Source: Promethearchaeia archaeon
GTDB taxonomy: Archaea; Asgardarchaeota; Lokiarchaeia; Sigyniarchaeales; SOKP01
DNA length: 14,419 bases
Reading direction: 5' to 3'
Assembly (NCBI GenBank): GCA_029856105.1
Contig: JAHQWH010000221.1
Span: forward strand, 1-14,419
The translations under genes and the position numbers were made by a program. The notes under the pieces were generated by a model. It did no database searches. It was not told the origin of the DNA and worked only from the letters and a program-made list of their open reading frames with translations. Of the stretch, positions 8,337 through 14,419 are shown piece after piece (position 1 is the first letter of the stretch; each line of letters opens with the position of its first letter).

Positions 8337-9527
8337 ATGAGCTTCAAAGTAAAAAATAATGTTTATTGGGTAGGTAAAGTAGATTGGGAACTCCAAAAAT
8401 TCCATGGAGACGAATATTCCACGGATCGTGGTTCTACTTACAATTCCTACTTAATTAAGGAAGAAAAAATTGTACTAATTGATACTGTTTGGAAGCCATT
8501 TTCGAAAGAATTTGTTGAGAATCTATCTAAAGAAGTTGACTTAAATAAGATTGATTATGTTATTACAAATCACGCGGAGAGTGATCATAGCGGAGCACTT
8601 CCAGAACTCATGGAAAAGATACCAGAAACGCCAATATATTGTACTGCAAATGGCGTAAAGTCAATAAAGGGACATTATCATAAAGATTGGAATTTTCAAG
8701 TAGTAAAAACGGGGGATACGTTAGATCTAGGAAACGGTAAACAATTAATCTTTGTAGAAATGAAGATGCTTCATTGGCCTGATAGTATGGCATGTTATTT
8801 GACCAAAGACAATATATTATTCAGCAACGATGCTTTTGGTCAACATTACGCCACTGAATTTATGTATAACGATCTTGTTGATCAAGATGAACTTTATTCG
8901 GAGTGCTTAAAATATTACGCTAATATTCTCACACCTTTCAGTATGTTTGTTGATAAAAAAATAAAAGAGGTTTTGGATCTTAAAATCCCTATTGACATTA
9001 TTGCAACAAGTCATGGAGTTATTTGGAGAGACAATCCAACTCAAATCGTAGAAAAATATTTAGCTTGGGCTAACGATTATCAAGAAAACCAAATTACAAT
9101 ATTATACGGCACAATGTGGGATGGAACAAAAAGAATGGCCGAAGCAATTACCAAAGGAATCCGCGAAATTGATAAGGAAGTTAATATTAAAATGTATAAT
9201 GTAGCAAAAACCGATAAAAACGATTTAATTACAGAGATCTTTAAATCTAGGATTATTCTTGTAGGTTCACCTACTATTGGTGGAGGAGTTCTATCTGGTG
9301 TTGCCGAAATTATGGAAATGATTAGAGAAATGCGTTTTAAAAACAAGAAAGCGGCGTCATTCGGCTGTTATGGATGGAGTGGAGAATCAATAAAGATCAT
9401 AAAGGAACATTTAGAAAAAAGCGGTTTTTCTGTAATTAACGACGGTATACGTGCTATGTGGAACCCTGATGATGAAAGCATTGAAAAATGCGTAGAATTC
9501 GGCAGAGAAATAGCTAATACTAAATAA
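8337..9527 (+). CDS. fprA: Class A flavodiiron protein (FprA/NorV-like NO/O2 reductase; metallo-beta-lactamase plus flavodoxin domains, no rubredoxin domain)
   Basis: Di-iron ligands NHAESDH, MLHWPDS, SNDAFG, TSHG. Flavodoxin motifs TMWDGT, GSPT, FGCYGWSGE. I prefer ATG 8337 over the track's GTG 8328 because GGTGA (8327-8331) lies 5 nt upstream. Confidence 0.93.
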   Translation: MSFKVKNNVYWVGKVDWELQKFHGDEYSTDRGSTYNSYLIKEEKIVLIDTVWKPFSKEFVENLSKEVDLNKIDYVITNHAESDHSGALPELMEKIPETPIYCTANGVKSIKGHYHKDWNFQVVKTGDTLDLGNGKQLIFVEMKMLHWPDSMACYLTKDNILFSNDAFGQHYATEFMYNDLVDQDELYSECLKYYANILTPFSMFVDKKIKEVLDLKIPIDIIATSHGVIWRDNPTQIVEKYLAWANDYQENQITILYGTMWDGTKRMAEAITKGIREIDKEVNIKMYNVAKTDKNDLITEIFKSRIILVGSPTIGGGVLSGVAEIMEMIREMRFKNKKAASFGCYGWSGESIKIIKEHLEKSGFSVINDGIRAMWNPDDESIEKCVEFGREIANTK

Positions 9528-9530
9528 TTA

Positions 9531-9556
9531 ATTTTTTTTAATATCTTTTTTATTTC
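9531..9556 (+). terminator. Oligo-T archaeal-type terminator after fprA
   Basis: Two T runs (tttttttt...tttttt) directly after the stop, with no GC hairpin. Confidence 0.45.
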
Positions 9557-9702
9557 AAAATGTTAATGTCTATAAGCAATTCATAATAATTGCCAAAATA
9601 TTTTCGTGTTATACCGCTTTAAGCTGCATTTTTGCAATAGAAAAAGAATAACTCAGTATAGAACGGTTTAATTAGAATAATTAAATGGAGAAAAGAGTTT
9701 TC

Positions 9703-9716
9703 CTTTACGGGTAAAG
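9703..9716. promoter_or_regulatory. Palindromic operator CTTTAC-GG-GTAAAG, copy 1
   Basis: Perfect 6-bp arms. Lies just upstream of an A-rich BRE-like stretch and TTATAA (9723-9728). Recurs at 10357. Confidence 0.7.
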
Positions 9717-9792
9717 TAAAAATTATAACACATAATTATCCATTTTGATTAACTATACATTTTAATTAAAAAAAACTATAGATGAGATCCTT

Positions 9793-10299
9793 ATGGCGCC
9801 TATATCTGCTATAATTGCTCCAATATTGATTAACTTCCTCCACAACGTATTTACTGCTTTGTGGATTGGGGGTATGCTGACGCTTGCGTTTACCGTTTTA
9901 CCGGCAATGAGGAAAGTTCTTGGTAAATCCAAAGAAACTCAAGCATTGAATTCTATGATAAAAAAAAAACTTAGTCTGTTAACCTACATCAGTATAATTG
10001 GACTGATAATTACCGGGTTACTTATGTCTAATAGATCTGTATTATCTGGGTTATCCACTGGCTTTTTGAGCTTTGGAAATGAATACTCGACCCTTATGAG
10101 CATAAAACATTTGTTATACTTCCTGATGGTATTCTTAAGTTTGTTCCGCAGTCAGATTGTGGATAGAGTTAAGAAATTCACACCAGAACAGAAGCAGAAG
10201 CTTAATATGCTCACGCTATTGCTGAATATTCTTGCGGGATTAGCGGTTCTGTTTCTCAGTTCATATGTTAGCGTACTTGCAGCGTTACCAACACCTTAA
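9793..10299 (+). CDS. Four-TM membrane protein, CopD/DUF4149-like
   Basis: Four hydrophobic segments. TM1 FLHNVFTALWIGG resembles the CopD-type LH....W.GG motif, and EYSTLMSIKHLL resembles Y...L..K..L. Confidence 0.7.
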   Translation: MAPISAIIAPILINFLHNVFTALWIGGMLTLAFTVLPAMRKVLGKSKETQALNSMIKKKLSLLTYISIIGLIITGLLMSNRSVLSGLSTGFLSFGNEYSTLMSIKHLLYFLMVFLSLFRSQIVDRVKKFTPEQKQKLNMLTLLLNILAGLAVLFLSSYVSVLAALPTP

Positions 10300-10356
10300 A
10301 AAAATCTTTTTTTTTCATATATTTTTAATCTAATCTTTATTTTTTTTATTTTTTCA

Positions 10357-10370
10357 CTTTACGGGTAAGG
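10357..10370. promoter_or_regulatory. Palindromic operator CTTTAC-GG-GTAAGG, copy 2
   Basis: 13/14 identical to 9703-9716. Ends 29 nt before the ATG of the HTH_10 regulator. Confidence 0.7.
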
Positions 10371-10399
10371 TTTTTCTAAAAAGATAATTTTCTTTTATT

Positions 10400-11041
10400 A
10401 TGCCTCAAGATATTGTTCAAATTAGGCTTGAAATAGATGTCCCTCACGATAAATGGCTATTCAAATTTAACGAAAAATATCCCGAATTAAATTTTTATAT
10501 CCTATCGAAATTTCTTATAGAAAAAAATGCGGGGATAACTTTATTCCAAATAAGGGGGCGATCTGTTAAACAATTTATTTCAGATCTAAAGGAACAATTA
10601 ACTAAGAATTCTTTCCAAATCTTATTTGAAGGAAACGATCTTGTAATTATGAACATTAGAGTGGTTGATCCATGGATTTTAAACACATTGATAAAAACTG
10701 AGCTTTTAATATTATATCCAATACTTGTAAAAGAAGGTAAAATAAGAATAGAAGCTATTACTAATCGTTCTAAAGTTGATGATTTCTTAACAGAATTAGA
10801 AAAAAAAGGCATAAAAGCATCCATAGGAAGTATAGGATACGGCTTTAAACCTACTTTACTCACCCAAAGACAAAATGAAATATTAAATATTGCTTATAAA
10901 AACGGATATTTTGATATTCCAAGGATGGTTTCGTTAACCGAATTTGCTAATAATCTGAATATATCCAAATCTGCTCTTTCTGAAACTTTGAGAAGAATTT
11001 TTAAAAGACTTTCTGATAATTATCTTAAATCGACCAATTGA
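10400..11041 (+). CDS. HTH_10 (bacterio-opsin activator-type) transcriptional regulator
   Basis: C-terminal LTQRQNEILNIAYKNGYFDIPRMVSLTEFANNLNISKSALSETLRR is the archaeal HTH_10 signature. The roughly 150-aa N-terminal domain is a putative sensor. Confidence 0.9.
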   Translation: MPQDIVQIRLEIDVPHDKWLFKFNEKYPELNFYILSKFLIEKNAGITLFQIRGRSVKQFISDLKEQLTKNSFQILFEGNDLVIMNIRVVDPWILNTLIKTELLILYPILVKEGKIRIEAITNRSKVDDFLTELEKKGIKASIGSIGYGFKPTLLTQRQNEILNIAYKNGYFDIPRMVSLTEFANNLNISKSALSETLRRIFKRLSDNYLKSTN

Positions 11042-11122
11042 ACCAAAAATTAGACATTTTATTATAATTAAATTAACTAATACTATTCATAACTTTAAAA
11101 AAAAAAAGGTGTAAAGTAAAAC

Positions 11123-11686
11123 ATGAGTGAAAGAAAAGGCGCTATAATTCTATTATGGATCGTCGCATTTGGATCTCTAGGATTCAGCGGATATTTGTTC
11201 GTCAAGAATGAAATTTTTAGTGCTCATTCTCCAGACAGTGGACTAACTCTCGTGGGATTATGGGATGATCTTGCAAAGAATAAAGAATTCGCACCATTCA
11301 CAACTGATTATTCCTGGCTTATTGAATTTGACAATAATCAGTTTAATAATTCTAATTATATCGAAGTAAGCAATAATAATACGAGTTTTAAGTTATTAAA
11401 GGAGGGTTTTTATAAAATAACACTTCTCTTACTGTTGTATTATGTTGACGCTTCCGAAGTATATTGGGCATATTTTATAAGAAATGGCTTATTTGATCAC
11501 TGTCTTGCTAGAATTGCGATATCTGATAATCCCAGTTCCCCATATCATCAAGTTGAGTCTTCAGTATATGTAAAAAGTACAGGTCTTGATAATTTTTCAA
11601 TACGATGCTATAGCACTGGTTCTGATGCATTTGAAATTGGATACCTGCAAAATTTTAACCAACTATCAATTGAATACAATAACTAA
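11123..11686 (+). CDS. Hypothetical protein with N-terminal membrane anchor and beta-rich extracellular domain (possibly C1q/TNF/BclA-like)
   Basis: 187 aa. Basic N-terminus, one hydrophobic helix, four N-x-S/T sequons, SFKLLKEGFYKITL strand motif. AAGGTG precedes the ATG and oligo-T follows the stop. The fold call is inference. Confidence 0.75.
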   Translation: MSERKGAIILLWIVAFGSLGFSGYLFVKNEIFSAHSPDSGLTLVGLWDDLAKNKEFAPFTTDYSWLIEFDNNQFNNSNYIEVSNNNTSFKLLKEGFYKITLLLLLYYVDASEVYWAYFIRNGLFDHCLARIAISDNPSSPYHQVESSVYVKSTGLDNFSIRCYSTGSDAFEIGYLQNFNQLSIEYNN

Positions 11687-11907
11687 GATTTTTGCTTCCC
11701 AAATTTCTTTTTTTTATTTTATTGGTTTTAGAATAAACATTTATTTGAAGACCATAAATTGCATTTGCAGAAAATTATTTTGTATCTAGCAGTTTAAGTA
11801 TTGTATAGGAAAAAAACTAATCTCGAAGATGTTCGCTTTAAAACTTATATCCTATCAAATTTTAGACAGCTTAGTTATTAAAAAAAAAAATTTAAGATGA
11901 AAATTAA

Positions 11908-12246
11908 ATGAAAATAATAGATATTAAAGAAGTGAAAATCTCTGACACACCTCATAAAGTAGCAGTTAAAAAATTATTTAATTTTGAGCACGCAACAATC
12001 GTTCATATTGAACTCAAATCGGGAGAGGCTCTTAAAAGGCATTTAACTCCTGTAGACGCATTTTTCTACGTTCTTGAAGGCAACGGTATTGTTGAAATTG
12101 GGAAAGAAAGAGAAGAAATTCACAAAGATCAATTGATCTTCAGTCCTGCTAAAATCTCTCATATATTGGCAAACGAATCTGACGATGTATTTCGATTTTT
12201 AGTTATTAAAACTCCTACTCCTACTTCAGAAACAAAAATCCTTTAA
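11908..12246 (+). CDS. Cupin-domain protein (Cupin_2)
   Basis: LKSGEALKRH..PVDAFFYVLEGNG and IFSPAKISHILAN cupin motifs 1 and 2. Confidence 0.88.
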   Translation: MKIIDIKEVKISDTPHKVAVKKLFNFEHATIVHIELKSGEALKRHLTPVDAFFYVLEGNGIVEIGKEREEIHKDQLIFSPAKISHILANESDDVFRFLVIKTPTPTSETKIL

Positions 12247-12276
12247 ATATACCTATCTTTTTTTAAATGTTTTAAG

Positions 12277-12741
12277 TTAGAGATATTTGACCCAGATTAC
12301 TGCATCATCGTTAGGATACAAAGAGGGAATGTCTGAAACTTTGCGAAAGTCCATATGGTTATAGAATAGTTCTCCAATATTGTTGCTTTTTTCCATAAAG
12401 AGATAAATAACTCGCAATTTATATCCAGCTTTAGAGAAATATTTGTTTGCTTCATTTATTAGCATTATCACTAATTCTCTTGCTATCCCTTGTCGTTTAA
12501 AATTGGAAGATGTGCCTAATCCAACTATCTCTATAACACCGTCATCCAAACCACCACGAGTATCCCATGTAATAGTTCCTATAATGTTTTTATCGCATAC
12601 GCAAATTAATGTTTTAAACCGATAAATTAAATCTTTCGCAAATTGTTGGGCGCGCTGTTTATGGTTTTCGACTTCGTCTAAATACATCTTTACGAGAATA
12701 TCCATGTCTTTTTCTGTAGCGTTTCTTATTATTTTATCCAT
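12277..12741 (-). CDS. GNAT family N-acetyltransferase
   Basis: IIRNATEKD N-terminus, acetyl-CoA motif A FKRQGIAREL, N..GELFYNHMDF. GAAGGTGA ribosome-binding site upstream. Confidence 0.88.
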   Translation of the reverse strand: MDKIIRNATEKDMDILVKMYLDEVENHKQRAQQFAKDLIYRFKTLICVCDKNIIGTITWDTRGGLDDGVIEIVGLGTSSNFKRQGIARELVIMLINEANKYFSKAGYKLRVIYLFMEKSNNIGELFYNHMDFRKVSDIPSLYPNDDAVIWVKYL

Positions 12742-12780
12742 AAAATCACCTTCATTTATTAAATAAATCTTTTATTTTAA

Positions 12781-13749
12781 TTAAGTTTGAGATAGAAGGT
12801 CGATTAAAGCCCGAGGAATTTCCTTGTAGTCGTTTACAGCGTAAAACTTTCCTCTCCCTGCTTTTGCTAATTTCCGACAGGTATCAATCCCACGATCTGC
12901 ATCATTTCCAGCAGGCATGCCAATCACATGTAGTGTGGGATATTTTTTAGCAAAATCTAGAGGATCTTTGCCTCTATTATAATTTCCATCACTAATAAGA
13001 ATACCAAACTTATGACGTGTTTTTTCTCTCACTTTATTAAGCTCTTTAAGCCCTTTTTCAAGCCCGATTTCAATATTTGTAAAACCAACGGCTTCAGAAT
13101 CTAATATTTCATCAATTATGTTGTTTATAGGCTTTTTTTGATCAATTTTCTTGAGAACCATTGCGGTTGAGTTGAATAAAACTATGCCGTATTCTTCTTT
13201 TTCCATATTATAGGCTAAAACGGAAGTAGTGAGAGCTGCATTAAGTAAAAGTTTGCCGTACATGCTTCCACTTGTGTCAAGAATCAGAACAATTTTCCTT
13301 TTCTCTCGTTGTCTTCTTATTCCGTAGATATTTTTATAAGTTAAACTTTTTTTGTAAATGTTCAATGGATTGTGCTGAATAGTTTCATCTAAGTCAAACT
13401 CTGGCATCCCAATATGATAGTAAGGAACAGTTTTCTTATAATTTCCTCTAATTCCCTTACTCGTTATTTTTAAGGAAGTTTTCAATATGCTCTGTCTGGC
13501 TAGCCTTCTAAAAATTTTTTTGTATTTTTCTGAAATTGGACGTCTTATAAAAAAGTAGACTTCTGCCATAGAGGCTTCAGAATTTTTTGCTTTTTCTGTG
13601 AAGAACTTCACGCCTTCGTCACAATCCAAAGCGTCGGTTGAAGCATATACATTTGACTTAAGTAAGCCTAATATTGCTTCGAGATTCTTGTATTGAATAG
13701 CTAAGTAAGTTAGTTCCTTAATCTTTTTGTAGTCTAACGTATTTGCCAA
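12781..13749 (-). CDS. von Willebrand factor A (vWA) domain protein, MoxR partner; true 5' end probably further upstream
   Basis: MIDAS residues ILDTSGSM, GFTNI, ISDG. Pre-vWA EFDLDETI motif. The TTG start at 13749 is doubtful because the frame is open up to 13950 with protein-like sequence. Confidence 0.88.
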   Translation of the reverse strand: MANTLDYKKIKELTYLAIQYKNLEAILGLLKSNVYASTDALDCDEGVKFFTEKAKNSEASMAEVYFFIRRPISEKYKKIFRRLARQSILKTSLKITSKGIRGNYKKTVPYYHIGMPEFDLDETIQHNPLNIYKKSLTYKNIYGIRRQREKRKIVLILDTSGSMYGKLLLNAALTTSVLAYNMEKEEYGIVLFNSTAMVLKKIDQKKPINNIIDEILDSEAVGFTNIEIGLEKGLKELNKVREKTRHKFGILISDGNYNRGKDPLDFAKKYPTLHVIGMPAGNDADRGIDTCRKLAKAGRGKFYAVNDYKEIPRALIDLLSQT

Positions 13750-13892
13750 ATGCTGGTAATAATCTGGTTTTTTCCTTTTTTTCCGAATTATTTCAAATCT
13801 TAAGATCTCTCCATCGGGAAGCCTTTCCGTAAGTCTAACGTGAAGTCTTTTACTCTCAATCTCCTCGGAATCCTCCGCAGAGAAATCATCGA

Positions 13893-14419
13893 TTATTGAA
13901 AATCCATTTTGTTTAAAACTGATAGTACAATGTCTGTAATAATTTCGGTTTTAGAACTGGTTACGCCATCTTCAAGGTCAATCTTGTTATATAAAGCCAT
14001 GATTGCCGCATCGACCCAATTTTTTGAACTTTTTTCATTTTCCGATTTCGAAATTAACTCTGCCAAATCAATTGCGCCTCTTATCGAACTTCCTCTGCGT
14101 ATTGAATTGTTATTTCTTGAAATTTGAACTATTTGTTGTGAAATTATTGCGATTTCATCACTGCTAGGATTATTCAAATTGGCTTCTTGTTTAATAATGA
14201 GAATTTCTTCTTCAGGAGGTTGAAAATCTAATTTTATCCAAATAAACCTATCTTTTAAAGCCTCTCCTATAACGGTCACGCCTATATGAGCGGCAGGATT
14301 TTGTGTGGCAATGACAAAAAACTTTTTATGAGCTTTAATTGTTTTTAGTTTAGGTATTTCAATCGTGCCTTCGTCTAATGCAGTTAAAAGAGAATTTTGA
14401 GTGCTCTCAGGCATTCTGT
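13893..14419 (-). CDS. MoxR-family AAA+ ATPase, 5'-truncated by window edge
   Basis: Begins just after Walker B ((N)RMPESTQNSLLTALDEG). Sensor 1 FFVIATQNP, arginine finger EALKDRF, sensor 2 GSSIRGAIDL. The frame is open to the window edge, so ATG 14414 is internal. Confidence 0.9.
   Translation of the reverse strand, partial: RMPESTQNSLLTALDEGTIEIPKLKTIKAHKKFFVIATQNPAAHIGVTVIGEALKDRFIWIKLDFQPPEEEILIIKQEANLNNPSSDEIAIISQQIVQISRNNNSIRRGSSIRGAIDLAELISKSENEKSSKNWVDAAIMALYNKIDLEDGVTSSKTEIITDIVLSVLNKMDFQ
13911..13917 (-). other. Candidate -1 ribosomal frameshift slippery heptamer T_TTA_AAC
   Basis: X_XXY_YYZ in the correct phase of the AAA+ frame (gtT TTA AAC), 5 sense codons before its stop. The -1 frame is the vWA frame. 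Confidence 0.5.

Noticed and set aside
8337-9527. Calling the flavodiiron protein norV (flavorubredoxin)
   Set aside because: No C-terminal rubredoxin CxxC...CxxC domain and no norW neighbour.
11111-11121. GTAAAGTAAAA matching the right half of the 9703 operator plus flank
   Set aside because: Left arm is missing and it sits between the ribosome-binding site and ATG; A-rich, probably chance.
13800-13889. 29-aa ORF MISLRRIPRRLRVKDF... following the ATPase stop in the same frame
   Set aside because: Overlaps the more protein-like open vWA frame and ends quickly; most likely a shadow frame.
1556-14127. Other short track ORFs (1556, 7591, 8608, 9080, 10495, 11586, 12443, 13909)
   Set aside because: All overlap motif-supported genes and have no recognisable domain.
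12781-14419. Calling the AAA+/vWA pair a Mg/Co chelatase (chlI/chlD)
   Set aside because: Visible motifs (ATQNP, EALKDRF, GSSIRGAID) fit MoxR-type ATPases better and no cobN/chlH is in the window. The N-terminus lies outside the window, so this is not fully excluded.
1-14419. tRNA, rRNA, CRISPR array, transposase or integrase
   Set aside because: No cloverleaf-like GC-rich segment, repeat-spacer periodicity or recombinase motif was seen by eye.

Overview
AT-rich prokaryotic chromosomal window that looks archaeal: GGTGA ribosome-binding sites, oligo-T terminators and an HTH_10 regulator. Asgard/Lokiarchaeia is my inference, not verified. Left half (1-6579) is a carbohydrate-utilisation-like locus: two cytoplasmic GH3 glycosidases (one cut by the window edge, one carrying an in-frame 9-bp tandem repeat), a decayed sulfatase, and a DppB/DppC permease pair in convergent orientation. 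The middle holds an O-methyltransferase divergent from endonuclease V and a flavodiiron protein, then a CopD-like membrane protein and an HTH_10 regulator that share a 14-bp palindromic operator, a membrane-anchored protein with possible C1q/TNF-like fold, and a cupin. The right end is a minus-strand MoxR-type AAA+ / vWA / GNAT run. Best lead: the AAA+ gene ends with an in-frame T_TTA_AAC slippery heptamer whose -1 frame runs, without a canonical start, through an acidic linker into the vWA gene. This suggests a programmed -1 frameshift making both a free ATPase and an AAA+-vWA fusion. No rRNA, tRNA, CRISPR array or transposase was seen.
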